From Minisyncoccota bacterium (GTDB lineage Bacteria > Patescibacteriota > Minisyncoccia > Moranbacterales > UBA2206), in assembly GCA_031291955.1 (NCBI GenBank), contig JARLIA010000015.1:54204-118203 (forward strand): 64,000 nt of DNA, read 5' to 3'. The notes under the pieces are model-generated. The model was not told the origin of the DNA and did not search any database. It worked only from the letters and a program-made list of their open reading frames with translations. Both the position numbers and the translations under genes were made by a program. Shown here piece after piece: positions 35,575 through 46,191 of the stretch (positions are counted from its first letter, which is position 1; every line of letters begins with the position of its first letter).

Positions 35575-37200
35575 ATGAAAACGATAAGAAAAATTTGGAG
35601 AAACATAAAAATCCAACCTGATACTTGGCTTTTCTGTGGTTTTTTATTAACTTTTACCTTAAGTGTCCGGAAAGTGTTTTTTTACTTTCCAAACCAAGGA
35701 ACTTTCAATGAATACACAGGCATATATTTATATACCTCGGATATCTTCCTATTTCTAGCTATTTTTAGCTACTTTACTATATTATGCAACAACAAAGAAT
35801 TTATGTCAATGTATAAGCTGTGGATAACTAAACTTATTCACAATTTATCCCTTCTAATTCCGCTTTTTATAGTTATCCTATCTTTCCTTTCAATTCTTTG
35901 GTCTCAAAACAAATCGATCGCCGAATATCAATCCATTAAGCTATTCGAATTTTATTTGCTTTATTTATACACATCTTTAAGGGTTATTCCATATTTTTTA
36001 TCTCGTAATTCAAAATTGTTCCACGTGGAACAATTTATAACTTTGATTGTCGGAATAGGTTTTATTCAAAGTATTATTGGGGTAGCCCAATTTTCCCTGC
36101 AGCATTCAATAGGATTGATTTGGCTCAAAGAAAGCATCATTTCACCCAGCATTCCAGGCGTGGCCAAAATAATCTTAGATAATCATAAAATCATCCGGGC
36201 CTATGGGTTAATGCCACACCCCAACATTCTAGGTGGGTTTCTTAGCCTTTGTATTATTTTACTTTTATATCTCACCAGAATATTCCACGGCCAAAACCAA
36301 GAACCACACAACAACACTCAAATTGTTCCACGTGGAACAATCAGTGCAAGTACCAGCAAGCCCCAAAAAAAGACTGACTATCCCTACATTTTATTAAAAA
36401 AGTCCCTCTTTAAAAATAAATGGCTTATTTACTGCATTTTTTTAGTACTTGCCCTAGGTCTATTACTCACTCTTTCTAAGTCAGCAATTCTGGGATTATT
36501 CTTAGCGCTTGTATATATCTTTATAATTGTTCCACGTGGAACAAATGCGACACTTGGGAATCAGCTGCTAATAAATTTCAAGCGACAAATATACAGCCTC
36601 AAAGAAATGTTCCACGTGGAACATTCGCGAATTTTCATAATTTCACTGGCAATTATCATTATCTCATCATTTCTAATTCTAAAACCCAGCCTGCATTCGA
36701 TATTTATACAATCGCTTGAAGAACGGGGAATTTATCTCGATATTTCATATCATGCGATCATAGCCAATCCTCTTATTGGAATTGGCGCTGGTCAATTCGT
36801 CTGGAAAATGCAGGATTTTTCCAGCATGATTCTATCATCCTGGCAATATCAGCCAGTTCACAATGTATTTCTTCTTATTTGGAGTGAATTGGGAATTGTT
36901 GGATTGGGATTATTTACTTGGTTAATTTGGACATTGTTTTATTCTTCAGAGTCACCAATTGTTCCACGTGGAACAATTGGTGAAAAAACAATTGCTACAA
37001 AAGAAAATCTAGCAGGGGATAGCATTGCTATATTAGATAATACTTTTCATGTTTTGTCAACAGAATCAATCCTGCCTTATTTTAAAGCAATCTTCCTTAG
37101 TTTTTTATTCATCATGCTTTTTGACCACTATTTTTGGGATATCCAGCAGGGAAGCTTGATGCTCTGGATGGTTATGGGAGTCATCGCTGGAATAGAATAA
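35575..37200 (+). CDS. O-antigen ligase (Wzy_C) family polytopic membrane protein carrying five in-frame palindromic repeat insertions.
   Basis: At least 10 TM helices and the Wzy_C signature IRAYGLMPHPNILGGFL. The encoded IVPRGT (three times) and FHVEQ/FHVEH (twice) peptide segments coincide exactly with the DNA palindromes. Confidence 0.65.
   Translation: MKTIRKIWRNIKIQPDTWLFCGFLLTFTLSVRKVFFYFPNQGTFNEYTGIYLYTSDIFLFLAIFSYFTILCNNKEFMSMYKLWITKLIHNLSLLIPLFIVILSFLSILWSQNKSIAEYQSIKLFEFYLLYLYTSLRVIPYFLSRNSKLFHVEQFITLIVGIGFIQSIIGVAQFSLQHSIGLIWLKESIISPSIPGVAKIILDNHKIIRAYGLMPHPNILGGFLSLCIILLLYLTRIFHGQNQEPHNNTQIVPRGTISASTSKPQKKTDYPYILLKKSLFKNKWLIYCIFLVLALGLLLTLSKSAILGLFLALVYIFIIVPRGTNATLGNQLLINFKRQIYSLKEMFHVEHSRIFIISLAIIIISSFLILKPSLHSIFIQSLEERGIYLDISYHAIIANPLIGIGAGQFVWKMQDFSSMILSSWQYQPVHNVFLLIWSELGIVGLGLFTWLIWTLFYSSESPIVPRGTIGEKTIATKENLAGDSIAILDNTFHVLSTESILPYFKAIFLSFLFIMLFDHYFWDIQQGSLMLWMVMGVIAGIE
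36013..36036. repeat. Copy 1 of the TTGTTCCACGTGGAACAA palindrome, extended to 24 bp as aaattgttccacgtggaacaattt. Encodes KLFHVEQF.
   Basis: Read directly from the sequence: a perfect self-reverse-complement. Confidence 0.9.
36322..36341. repeat. Copy 2 of the palindrome (attgttccacgtggaacaat). Encodes QIVPRGTI in a different codon phase.
   Basis: Perfect palindrome; core 18-mer at 36323-36340. Confidence 0.9.
36527..36544. repeat. Copy 3 of the palindrome (ttgttccacgtggaacaa). Encodes IVPRGT.
   Basis: Perfect 18-bp palindrome. Confidence 0.9.
36606..36625. repeat. Copy 4, the variant aATGTTCCACGTGGAACATt, 62 bp downstream of copy 3. Encodes EMFHVEHS.
   Basis: Perfect 20-bp palindrome whose core differs from the other copies at the outer two positions only. 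Confidence 0.9.
36952..36983. repeat. Copy 5, extended to a 32-bp perfect palindrome (tcaccaattgttccacgtggaacaattggtga). Encodes SPIVPRGTIGE.
   Basis: Perfect palindrome; core 18-mer at 36959-36976. Confidence 0.9.
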
Positions 37201-37269
37201 TTGCAAACCCAGAACTTAAAAACCCGGAACCTAAGTCCCGGGTTTTTGCTTTATATTCAGAATAACGCC

Positions 37270-39726
37270 TTATAAGACAGTGCTGGCCGAAACCTTATCA
37301 CCTGGCTGCGGGCGCATCACCCGAACACCTTGAGTGGCGCGACCAAGGGATGAAACACTGGAAAGGGGAATGCGAATAATCTGACCGCGCTCGGAGGTAA
37401 GGATGAGATCTGCGTCAAGAGCATCAACATTAATGATATCCGCACCAATCATTTTTCCGGTCTTAGTCGTGATTACGGCCGTTTTAATGCCGGAACCGCC
37501 GCGCTTTTGAATTTTGTAGGCCTTAAGATCCGTTCGCTTGCCGTAACCATTTTCCGTAATGACTAAGATTTGATTGCCTTTTTGATTCTTAAGGACGACA
37601 TCCATGCCGACCACTTGATCGTCCTTTCTGAGTTTGATTCCGCGCACTCCGGCCGCCGAGCGCCCCATCGGACGCACATCCGTCTCACGAAAGCGGATCG
37701 CTTGTCCACCCCAAGTGGCAATGGCTACTTCATCTGAACCGGTCGTAGCATCAACCCAGCGAAGCGCATCACCTTTTTCCAAATTGATAGCAATGAGGCC
37801 AGAACGACGGACATTTTCAAATTCATCTAGCGAAGTTTTTTTAACTGTTCCCATTTGGGTCGCCATAAAAAGATACTTGTAATTATCATCTTTGCCAAAA
37901 GCAATGATGGCGGTCACAGTCTCGTCTTGAGAGAGCGACAAGAAATTGACAACAGATTGCCCCTTAGCAATTCGTGACGATTCCGGAATCTCATAAGCCT
38001 TGGTTTGGAAAACTTTGCCCGTGTTGGTGAAAAAGAGAAGATTGTCATGAGCCATCACGCCCAAAACCTTTTGAATTTCGTCACCTTCTTTGGTAGTGGC
38101 ACCCATCACGCCCTTTCCGCCGCGTTTCTGAACGCGATAAACGGACGGGTTCATCCTTTTAATATAGCCTCCCTTGGAAATAGTGATAATGGCTTCTTCA
38201 TTGGGAATCAAGTCTTCCTGCTTAAATTCGGTAACACCGGATTTAATAATCTTGGTCTTCCGTTCGTCGCCATATTTTTCTTTGACCTTGCTGAGTTCAT
38301 CCTTCACAATCCCAAAAATTTTTGTTTCGCTTTTGAGAATGGCTTCCAATTCCGCAATGAGCCGGAGTTTTTCCTCAAGTTCGTCCTCGATCTTCTTTCT
38401 TTCAAGGCCGGCCAGAGTTTGCAGGCGCATTTCCAAAATAGCGGTCGTTTGCCGATCGGAAAGCTTGAATTTTTTCATCAAATTTTCGTGGGCGATTTCT
38501 TTGGTGGCGGATTTTTTGATCGTTTCAATGACCGCATCAATATTATCCAGGGCAATTTTGAGTCCTTCCAAGATATGCGCCCGATCCTTGGCTTTTTGCA
38601 AGTCAAATTTGGTGCGCCGCACGACCACAATTTTTCGGTGTTTCACATATTCCTCCAAAATGCTTTTCAAATTGAGGACTTGCGGCTCGATGCCATCAAC
38701 CAAGGCCAACATATTCACGCCGAAATTCTTTTGAAGGTCAGTCATGGAATAGAGCTTGTTGAGGACTTTCTGGGGATAAGCGTCCTTTTTTAGATCTACC
38801 ACAATCCGCACTCCGTCTTTATCCGACTCGTCGCGCAAGTCTCTGATGCCGACAATTTTTCCTTCTCGCACCAGATCGGCAAGCTTTTCGATAAGCGTCG
38901 CCTTATTGGTGGCATAAGTCATTTCTGTAACAATGATTTGGAAAGCGCCCGCCTTGGTTTCCACAATTTCGGCCTTTCCGCGGGTCAAAATCTTGCCACG
39001 ACCAGTACGATAGGCTTCTAAAATGTCTTTTTTATTATAAATAATTCCTCCAGTTGGAAAATCCGGGCCCTTAATGAACTCAGCCAGATCTTCCACACTG
39101 GCCTCCGGGTTATCGATCAAGTGATTGATGCCGTCCACCAGCTCGCTCAGATTGTGAGGCGGGATGTTAGTGGCCATGCCGACCGCGATGCCCATTGTTC
39201 CATTAAGAAGCAATTGAGGAAGACCAGCCGGCAAAACAGTCGGTTCTTTGTGGGCTCCGTCAAAATTAGGCACGAAATCAACCGTGTCTTTTTCGATATC
39301 AAAAAGCATTTCTTCAGCGATCGTCGAGAGTTTAGCTTCTGTATAACGATAAGCTGCCGCAGAGTCGCCGTCCATGGAGCCGAAATTTCCTTGACCCTTA
39401 ACCAAGGGATAGCGCAAAGAAAAATCTTGAGCCATTCTCACCATAGACTCGTAAACAGCACTATCTCCGTGCGGGTGATATTTTCCCAAAACTTCTCCAA
39501 CCACCGTGGCTGATTTCCGGAATTTGGCATTAGCGCGGAGACCGGTCGACCACATGGAATAGAGGATGCGGCGATGAACCGGCTTCATGCCATCCCGAAC
39601 GTCCGGAAGGGCGCGCGCCACAATGACACTCATCGCATAATCAAGATAGGACTGGGAGATTTCGGCGGTTATTTCTTTGTCTTTGATGTTCTTATTATGA
39701 TTGTCGAACAAATTTTCTTTCGGCAT
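37270..39726 (-). CDS. gyrA: DNA gyrase subunit A.
   Basis: 818 aa. Active-site region AAMRYTE-like ([11 protein letters not shown]), the GyrA box and C-terminal beta-pinwheel repeats. Confidence 0.95.
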   Translation of the reverse strand: MPKENLFDNHNKNIKDKEITAEISQSYLDYAMSVIVARALPDVRDGMKPVHRRILYSMWSTGLRANAKFRKSATVVGEVLGKYHPHGDSAVYESMVRMAQDFSLRYPLVKGQGNFGSMDGDSAAAYRYTEAKLSTIAEEMLFDIEKDTVDFVPNFDGAHKEPTVLPAGLPQLLLNGTMGIAVGMATNIPPHNLSELVDGINHLIDNPEASVEDLAEFIKGPDFPTGGIIYNKKDILEAYRTGRGKILTRGKAEIVETKAGAFQIIVTEMTYATNKATLIEKLADLVREGKIVGIRDLRDESDKDGVRIVVDLKKDAYPQKVLNKLYSMTDLQKNFGVNMLALVDGIEPQVLNLKSILEEYVKHRKIVVVRRTKFDLQKAKDRAHILEGLKIALDNIDAVIETIKKSATKEIAHENLMKKFKLSDRQTTAILEMRLQTLAGLERKKIEDELEEKLRLIAELEAILKSETKIFGIVKDELSKVKEKYGDERKTKIIKSGVTEFKQEDLIPNEEAIITISKGGYIKRMNPSVYRVQKRGGKGVMGATTKEGDEIQKVLGVMAHDNLLFFTNTGKVFQTKAYEIPESSRIAKGQSVVNFLSLSQDETVTAIIAFGKDDNYKYLFMATQMGTVKKTSLDEFENVRRSGLIAINLEKGDALRWVDATTGSDEVAIATWGGQAIRFRETDVRPMGRSAAGVRGIKLRKDDQVVGMDVVLKNQKGNQILVITENGYGKRTDLKAYKIQKRGGSGIKTAVITTKTGKMIGADIINVDALDADLILTSERGQIIRIPLSSVSSLGRATQGVRVMRPQPGDKVSASTVL

Positions 39727-39802
39727 AGCAAAAAATAATCAAGATACAAGAAACAGGCGTCCAAATCTCATATCTTGGCTATTGGGTTATTTTAAAAAAA
39801 TT

Positions 39803-40345
39803 TTAGTTTTGAGTTGCGTCGGTTGACGGGGATTGGTCCAGCGGATCCGTCTGGCTTTGACTTTGTGTTTGATCCGGCGTCAAATCCGGGATTGTCTGCT
39901 GATCAAGAGTTGACGATTGGTCAAGACTTGGATCTGGCAAGGTAACCTGATCATCAGAAGTCGGGTCCGGACTTGAATTTAAATCCTGACTATCTGATTG
40001 ATCCGGCGTCAAAGTTTGACCTTGATCCATAGCGGCAGGATCTGAATTTGGCAGTTGAGTTGGATCTGAGGTGTTATCCTGACTTTGCGATTGATTCTGG
40101 ATAGCACTGTTTATCTGCCCAGCCGAGCTTCCAAGCGACTGACTCTGTTGACCAAGCGCATTCAAAGCACCTTCCTGATCACTCGTAAGCTGAGGCATGC
40201 TTATTTGAGCACTTTGTTTGGCCAGAGAAACCCCCCAAATAACTATAACAAACACCATGCAGATGGCTGTCAGTCCCCACGCCCAACGCAAACGGATATG
40301 TTCCGGCTGGTGGCGAATCTCTTCAAGCTTATGTTCAATTCCCAT
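39803..40345 (-). CDS. Hypothetical membrane-anchored low-complexity (Q/S/D/T/P-rich) protein.
   Basis: One TM helix (WGLTAICMVFVIVIWGV) followed by a compositionally biased tail. Confidence 0.45.
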   Translation of the reverse strand: MGIEHKLEEIRHQPEHIRLRWAWGLTAICMVFVIVIWGVSLAKQSAQISMPQLTSDQEGALNALGQQSQSLGSSAGQINSAIQNQSQSQDNTSDPTQLPNSDPAAMDQGQTLTPDQSDSQDLNSSPDPTSDDQVTLPDPSLDQSSTLDQQTIPDLTPDQTQSQSQTDPLDQSPSTDATQN

Positions 40346-40360
40346 ATATAATTTTTGTTT

Positions 40361-41020
40361 CTATTCGATGCCCATCAAGACCGTTTCCATGTTTTTTTCT
40401 TCCAAATCTTTTTTCTTAAGAGTGATTTTTCCAACTTTTTCTTTGGGACAATTACCCATAACATCGCAGAATTTCTTTTCATCGTCAATTTCCACTTTTA
40501 AATCTTTCATCTTATAGTGCATCGGAATAATTATTTTTGGTTCAATTTTTTTGACAATCTGGGCCGCTTTTTCCCCATCAATTGTGTATTTTCCGCCCAC
40601 TGGAATCATGAGCACGTCGATGCCATTTATCATTTCCAGTTGTTTTTCCGTCGGTTCCGCTCCCAAATCGCCCATATGACAAAGACGGATATCCTCAGAC
40701 TCAAAAACAAAAACGGTATTGAGACCCCGCTCGGCGCCGCCTTTGTCGTCATGAAAGGTGCTTATCCCCATGATATTCACACCTTTTACGGAATATTCGC
40801 CGGGAATATCGATGACCGACGGTTCGCCTTTCAAAGCCGCAATATTATTGTGATCGGGATGATCATGACTCACCAAAACCAGGTCGGCGCTCCCTTGCGG
40901 GGGACGGAGACCAATCATTTTGTCGAACGGATCAAGGAAAATCGTGACATCTTCCTGCCCGCGGCCGGCGGGTTTGGTGGTGATTTTGAAGCAAGATTGA
41001 CCGTAGTATTGAATTATCAT
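40361..41020 (-). CDS. Metallo-beta-lactamase fold metal-dependent hydrolase (UPF0173-like).
   Basis: LVLVSHDHPDHNN...H...D motif pattern. 219 aa. Confidence 0.7.
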   Translation of the reverse strand: MIIQYYGQSCFKITTKPAGRGQEDVTIFLDPFDKMIGLRPPQGSADLVLVSHDHPDHNNIAALKGEPSVIDIPGEYSVKGVNIMGISTFHDDKGGAERGLNTVFVFESEDIRLCHMGDLGAEPTEKQLEMINGIDVLMIPVGGKYTIDGEKAAQIVKKIEPKIIIPMHYKMKDLKVEIDDEKKFCDVMGNCPKEKVGKITLKKKDLEEKNMETVLMGIE

Positions 41021-41121
41021 GGCTGAATGGTTAAATTGTTAGACTGCCATATTGCCAAAACCAGAGAAGCGATCTTCTTTGGCTTCTCAATCTTAGCACA
41101 GAACCGCTGGGCTATCAAGAT

Positions 41122-41150
41122 TTGACAGGATTGCAAACATAGACTACACT
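41122..41150 (+). promoter_or_regulatory. Sigma70-like promoter (TTGACA, 17-bp spacer, TACACT) upstream of rpsA.
   Basis: ttgacaggattgcaaacatagactacact. Transcription from here would run about 110 nt into the terminator at 41243-41266, which precedes the rpsA start at 41299. Confidence 0.4.
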
Positions 41151-41242
41151 TTCCATACGGTTAATTATTAAGAAAATTGAATACGGGATAGTTTAATCTC
41201 GCGAAACAGTTGGAAAACTGTGGATAAGTTCTTAATAATTCG

Positions 41243-41266
41243 CCCTTTCGGAGGGTTTTTTGTTTT
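41243..41266 (+). terminator. Intrinsic-terminator-like hairpin plus T-run 33 bp upstream of the rpsA start codon. It could be an attenuator or the end of a small RNA.
   Basis: ccctttcggaggg followed by ttttttgtttt. Confidence 0.5.
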
Positions 41267-41298
41267 ATTAATCAATATTTTAATCCATAACAATCGAT

Positions 41299-42648
41299 AT
41301 GACTGACATTTTAGACAATTTAGCCAAGGAAGTCGATAAGATTTCTGAAGATGACCGAGCCGCCATAAAAGTCGAGCCCAAAAAAGCAAAAAAAACTGAA
41401 CCAAGTATCGCAGCAGAAGAAGATAAATCCCTTATGGCCCAGCTTTTAGACCGGGGTGACTTCAATTTTCCGGAAGTGGGCGCCACCGTTGAAGGCAAAG
41501 TGATTGAGGTTTCTTCCAATGAAATATATCTGGAACTCGGTCCGTTCGGGACCGGAGTGGTTTTAGGAAAGGAAATTAAAGATGGTCTGGGTAGCGGCAA
41601 ACTCAAAATTGGGGACATTGTGACCGCCACCGTCACCGACTTGGAAAACGAAGATGGTTTCATCGAACTTTCCATCCGGGAGGCTTCATATGAAAAAGCT
41701 TGGGATGACATTGAATCCAAGCGCGACACTCAAGAGAAAGTCACAGTCAAAGTCCAATCCGCCAACAAAGGCGGATTGCTCGCCGAAGTCAACGGAATTT
41801 CCGGATTTTTGCCTGTTTCCCAATTGTCCAGCAAGAACTATCCGCGAGTGGAAGACGGAGACAAGAACAAGATCTTGAACTTGCTCAAGAAACTCATCGG
41901 CCAGGAAATGGAAGTGCGCATCATTGACGCCGACCGCGAAACGGAAAAATTGATCGTCAGCGAAAAAGCGGCCCAAAGCGAAAAGGACATGGAAGTCATT
42001 TCCAATCTGGGCGCGGGAGACGTCATCTCCGGTGAAGTTTCCGGCGTGGTGGACTTTGGAGCTTTTGTCAAATTCTCCACCAAAGACGAAAAAGGCGAGA
42101 ATGAAAGAAAACTCGAAGGTTTGGTTCACATTTCGGAGCTTGCTTGGCAACTGATCGAAGATCCGCGAACAATTGTTAAAGTCGGCGACAAAGTGGAAGC
42201 CAAGATCATAGGAATCGACGGCGACAAGATTTCTCTTTCCATCCGAGCCCTCCAGAAAGACCCTTGGAATAACATTGAAGAAAAATATAAGATCGGCGAC
42301 ACCGTGTCCGGCACCGTCAACAAACTCAATCATTTCGGCGCTTTCGTCTATCTCGACAAAGACATCCACGGCCTGGCGCATATTTCGGAAATGTCGGAAG
42401 CTTTTCCGGGCAAGAATCTGGACGAGCTGATCAAAGTCGGCGAGAAATATGACTGGAAAATCCTTTCCATTGAACCGAAAGACCACCGGATGGGCTTAGT
42501 GCTAAGCAATAAGAAATCAGAAAAGAAGACGGAGAAAAAAGCAAAGGCGGAAAAAGAAGAAAAGAAAGAAGAAAAGCCGGAGAAGGAAAAGAAAGAGAAA
42601 AAAGTTTCCAAGAAGAAAAAGGAAGAAATAAGTCAAAAATCAAAATAA
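41299..42648 (+). CDS. rpsA: 30S ribosomal protein S1 (four S1 domains plus a Lys/Glu-rich C-terminal tail).
   Basis: Repeated S1 OB-fold motifs (GATVEGKVIEV..., GDVISGEVSGVVDFGAFVKF, GDTVSGTVNKLNHFGAFVYL). Confidence 0.82.
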   Translation: MTDILDNLAKEVDKISEDDRAAIKVEPKKAKKTEPSIAAEEDKSLMAQLLDRGDFNFPEVGATVEGKVIEVSSNEIYLELGPFGTGVVLGKEIKDGLGSGKLKIGDIVTATVTDLENEDGFIELSIREASYEKAWDDIESKRDTQEKVTVKVQSANKGGLLAEVNGISGFLPVSQLSSKNYPRVEDGDKNKILNLLKKLIGQEMEVRIIDADRETEKLIVSEKAAQSEKDMEVISNLGAGDVISGEVSGVVDFGAFVKFSTKDEKGENERKLEGLVHISELAWQLIEDPRTIVKVGDKVEAKIIGIDGDKISLSIRALQKDPWNNIEEKYKIGDTVSGTVNKLNHFGAFVYLDKDIHGLAHISEMSEAFPGKNLDELIKVGEKYDWKILSIEPKDHRMGLVLSNKKSEKKTEKKAKAEKEEKKEEKPEKEKKEKKVSKKKKEEISQKSK

Positions 42649-42692
42649 CAGTGTAAAATGAAATTTTACTCGAATTTTGATTTGCCATTCCT

Positions 42693-43265
42693 ATGATAAT
42701 AACCCTCAATGGATCAGAAGGTTCCGGAAAAACTACGGTCGCAAAAAAAATTGCCAGTGAGCTTGATTACGTTCGATACACAACCGGAGAAATTTTTCGA
42801 GCCATGGCCAAAAAGAGAGGCCTCACCCTGGTGGAATATGTACAGCTTGGCGAAACAGATCCCGAGATAGACAAGGAAGTTGATGATTATGTCGTAAAGT
42901 TGTCCAAAGAACAAGATAATTTTATTTTGGACAGCCGAATGGCTTGGCATTTTATTCCGCAATCCACGAAGATATATCTGAACGTGGATGAGCGCGAAGG
43001 AGCAAAAAGGGTATTTGCAGAATTGCAAAAAGATAATTCCCGAAATGAAATGAAAAATACACCCAAGACCGTAGAAGAAGTCTTAAAAAAAATCCAAGCA
43101 AGACAAAAAACGGATGATACGCGGTATCTGCAATATTACAATGTTAATATCCGCGATAAGAAAAATTACGACTTCGTGTTGGACACGACCGAACTTTTTC
43201 CGGAAGAAGTTTTTGAAAAAGTGATGGCATTTATTAATTCGAAAATTAATGCCCAACCTAGTTAA
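42693..43265 (+). CDS. cmk: Cytidylate kinase.
   Basis: P-loop LNGSEGSGKTTVAKKIASEL with the classic rpsA-cmk linkage. Confidence 0.8.
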   Translation: MIITLNGSEGSGKTTVAKKIASELDYVRYTTGEIFRAMAKKRGLTLVEYVQLGETDPEIDKEVDDYVVKLSKEQDNFILDSRMAWHFIPQSTKIYLNVDEREGAKRVFAELQKDNSRNEMKNTPKTVEEVLKKIQARQKTDDTRYLQYYNVNIRDKKNYDFVLDTTELFPEEVFEKVMAFINSKINAQPS

Positions 43266-44205
43266 AAAAGTTCAGAACACCATCTTTCAATATAGCCTTT
43301 TGAAAAAAAGGGATAAGATTGTTTTGGCGGTTTCCGGCGGACCGGATAGTGCGGCCATGCTAGACATTTTCTCCAAATTGAAAAGAAAATATGATCTCGA
43401 GCTGATTATCGCCCATGTCAATTATGCCCTCCGTGGTAGAGATAGCGAACGGGACGAAAAATTCGTGAGGGAACTGGCGGAAAAATACGGAATGGAAACA
43501 TTTGTTTTGCGTCCCGAGTACGAAAAAAATATTTCTGAAAATTATCTGCGCGACATCCGTTACGCTTTTTTTGAAAAAATCAGAAAAGAAAACCACTTTG
43601 ATTTCATCGCCGTGGCGCATAATCGGGATGATCAAGTGGAAACGCATCTCGCACGCGTGATCCGCGGCGCTGGTCTCCAGGGACTTTCCGCCATGCGTCA
43701 TAAAAATAATTTCCTGATCCGGCCACTGCTTGACCGGCCCCGCGAAGAAATTCTGGCCTATTTGAAAGAAAATAAACTCAAATATCGTATCGACAAAACC
43801 AATCTTGAATCAAAGTTTACCCGAAACAAAATCCGCTTGAAACTTATCCCATACCTTGAAAAAAACTTTAACCCCAATATCCGGCAAACCATCTTTGATT
43901 CCACTATCTCAATTTCAGAAGATTATGATCTGCTGGCAAAAATCGCAGCTAAAGAATCCGGGAAAGCGAAAGAGTTGAAAATTTCTCATCTTCTCGCGCT
44001 TCACCCAGCCATCCAAAAACGCGTTTTGAGAAACAAGATAGCAGCGGTTAAATCCGACCTGAAAAACATTGACGCCGCTCACGTCACAGAAATCCTAAAA
44101 ATGGCCAAAAGCACGAAAGGCAAGGCCCAGGTTGTAGTATTTAAGGGATTGAAAATCAAGCGGATCGGTGATAGACTGGAAATGCCAACAGCACATAACA
44201 CGTAA
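43249..44205 (+). CDS. tilS: tRNA(Ile)-lysidine synthetase.
   Basis: PP-loop SGGPDS. Overlaps the cmk end and sits upstream of ftsH, the conserved tilS-ftsH arrangement. Confidence 0.85.
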   Translation: MPNLVKKVQNTIFQYSLLKKRDKIVLAVSGGPDSAAMLDIFSKLKRKYDLELIIAHVNYALRGRDSERDEKFVRELAEKYGMETFVLRPEYEKNISENYLRDIRYAFFEKIRKENHFDFIAVAHNRDDQVETHLARVIRGAGLQGLSAMRHKNNFLIRPLLDRPREEILAYLKENKLKYRIDKTNLESKFTRNKIRLKLIPYLEKNFNPNIRQTIFDSTISISEDYDLLAKIAAKESGKAKELKISHLLALHPAIQKRVLRNKIAAVKSDLKNIDAAHVTEILKMAKSTKGKAQVVVFKGLKIKRIGDRLEMPTAHNT

Positions 44206-44223
44206 CACATAAAGCGAAACACC

Positions 44224-46101
44224 ATGCAAAAACTATTAAAAAATATCGGCATCGTTATTGTCATCTTTCTTTTGATTTCCGGTATCGTTATCCTTTACGG
44301 CGCCCCGCAGAAAACTCCCCAGCCCGTTTCACTCACCCAATTGGCCCAGCAGGTCAACGGCGGACAGGTCAAAACTATCAATGTCAACAGCAATGAACTG
44401 GACATCACACTGACCAACGGACAAACGGAAAAGACCACCAAGGAGGACACCTCCGGCATCGTGGAGACACTCAAAAACTACGGGGTCGACAGTCAAAAGA
44501 TCCAAGCCGTGAGCATCGACATCCAGGGAGAATCCCCTTTGAATTCCTGGCTAGGAACGATCCTTACGATTTTCTTGCCCGTCATCTTGATCGGAGTGTT
44601 TATTTGGTATATGATGCGCCAAGCCCAAAGAGGAAACAGCCAGGCCCTGTCTTTTGGAACCTCGCGAGCTCGCATGATTGACCCAAAAAATAAAAGTCAG
44701 CGGATCACTTTCCGGGACGTAGCTGGTTCCAAAGAGGCCAAAGAGGAACTCAATGAAATCGTGGAGTTTTTGCGTAGTCCCAAGAAATTCTTGAGTCTGG
44801 GCGCTAAAATTCCCAAGGGAGTGCTCCTGCTTGGCTCGCCTGGCACCGGAAAAACTTTGATCTCCAAGGCCGTAGCCGGCGAAGCCAACGTGCCATTTTT
44901 CAATATCAGCGGCTCGGAATTTGTGGAGATGTTTGTCGGTGTGGGAGCCTCGCGAGTCCGCGACCTTTTCAAGCAAGCCAAGAAAAACGCGCCGGCCATC
45001 ATTTTTATCGACGAGATTGATGCCGTCGGAAGACACCGCGGCGCGGGCCTCGGCGGGGGACATGACGAACGAGAACAGACGCTGAATCAAATCCTGGTGG
45101 AAATGGACGGCTTTGACACCAACACCAATGTGATTATCATTGCCGCCACCAATCGGCCGGATGTTCTTGATCCGGCATTGCTACGGCCAGGACGCTTTGA
45201 CCGAAGAGTTGTTATGGACCTTCCGGACATTGAAGAGCGGGAATCCATCCTGAAACTCCACTCCAAAAATAAACCTTTAGCCAAAGATGCTAATTTGACC
45301 AGAATCGCCCAGCGCACCCCCGGATTTTCCGGCGCCGACCTTTCCAACCTTTTGAATGAAGCGGCAATTCTAGCCGCCCGCCGGAATAAGAAAGAGATCA
45401 ACATGGACGAATTGACCGAGTCGATTGAAAAAGTCATCCTTGGTCCGGAACGAAGAAGCCGCCGGATTGACGAAGAAGAAAAGAAAATTATTGCCTATCA
45501 CGAAGCCGGCCACGCTCTCTTGGCTTCCAGTCTTAAAAACGCCGACCCAGTCCAGAAAGTTTCCATCATCTCGCGCGGTCACGCCGGCGGATACACCTTC
45601 AGCGCACCAGAGCGGGACAAAACCCTTCATTCTAAAGACTATTTTATCGACGAATTATCTGTCCTTTTGGGCGGATATGTCAGCGAGATGCTGACTTTTG
45701 GAACCATCACCACCGGCGCTTCCAATGATTTGGACCGGGCCACCAACATTGCCCGGGGATTAGTCACTCGCTACGGCATGAGCGAACTTGGTCCGCGCAC
45801 TTTCGGCCACAAAGAAGAAATGGTGTTTTTAGGCAGAGAGATTCATGAGGAAAAAAACTATTCGGAAAAAACGGCTGAATCTATCGACAACCAAGTCTCC
45901 AAGTTTATCGATAACGCCTACAAAGTTTCCGAAAATATCCTGCGCGAAAAAAGGAATATGTTGGAAAAAATCACGGGCGTACTTTTGGAAAAAGAAACGA
46001 TTGAACAGGATGAGTACAACAAACTGCTCGGAATCGAAAAGAAAAAAGATGTTGAGGAGAAAGAATTGTCCAAACCAGCCATGGCAGAAAACCTAGCCTG
46101 A
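44224..46101 (+). CDS. ftsH: ATP-dependent zinc metalloprotease FtsH.
   Basis: Two TM helices, AAA+ Walker A (GSPGTGKT), second region of homology, and HEAGH zinc motif. Confidence 0.95.
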   Translation: MQKLLKNIGIVIVIFLLISGIVILYGAPQKTPQPVSLTQLAQQVNGGQVKTINVNSNELDITLTNGQTEKTTKEDTSGIVETLKNYGVDSQKIQAVSIDIQGESPLNSWLGTILTIFLPVILIGVFIWYMMRQAQRGNSQALSFGTSRARMIDPKNKSQRITFRDVAGSKEAKEELNEIVEFLRSPKKFLSLGAKIPKGVLLLGSPGTGKTLISKAVAGEANVPFFNISGSEFVEMFVGVGASRVRDLFKQAKKNAPAIIFIDEIDAVGRHRGAGLGGGHDEREQTLNQILVEMDGFDTNTNVIIIAATNRPDVLDPALLRPGRFDRRVVMDLPDIEERESILKLHSKNKPLAKDANLTRIAQRTPGFSGADLSNLLNEAAILAARRNKKEINMDELTESIEKVILGPERRSRRIDEEEKKIIAYHEAGHALLASSLKNADPVQKVSIISRGHAGGYTFSAPERDKTLHSKDYFIDELSVLLGGYVSEMLTFGTITTGASNDLDRATNIARGLVTRYGMSELGPRTFGHKEEMVFLGREIHEEKNYSEKTAESIDNQVSKFIDNAYKVSENILREKRNMLEKITGVLLEKETIEQDEYNKLLGIEKKKDVEEKELSKPAMAENLA

Positions 46102-46191
46102 CGTTCGCAAATTACAAATCCGGCACGAATGTACAAATGAGCACATCGCGTGTTTGTTTAAGGTAATATTATTCAGTAAAAAATAAAATCA

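Noticed and set aside
36321-36340. IVPRGT peptide resembling the LVPR|GS thrombin site, raising suspicion of vector contamination.
   Set aside because: The motif is a translation by-product of the palindrome in one phase; the other phase gives FHVEQ. The flanking sequence is native AT-rich membrane-protein coding DNA, so it is a coincidence.
36013-36983. Possibility that the five repeats in the Wzy-like gene are a CRISPR array.
   Set aside because: The repeats are perfect palindromes at irregular spacing (about 300, 200, 60 and 350 bp), they sit inside an intact ORF, and no cas genes are nearby. This is not a repeat-spacer architecture.
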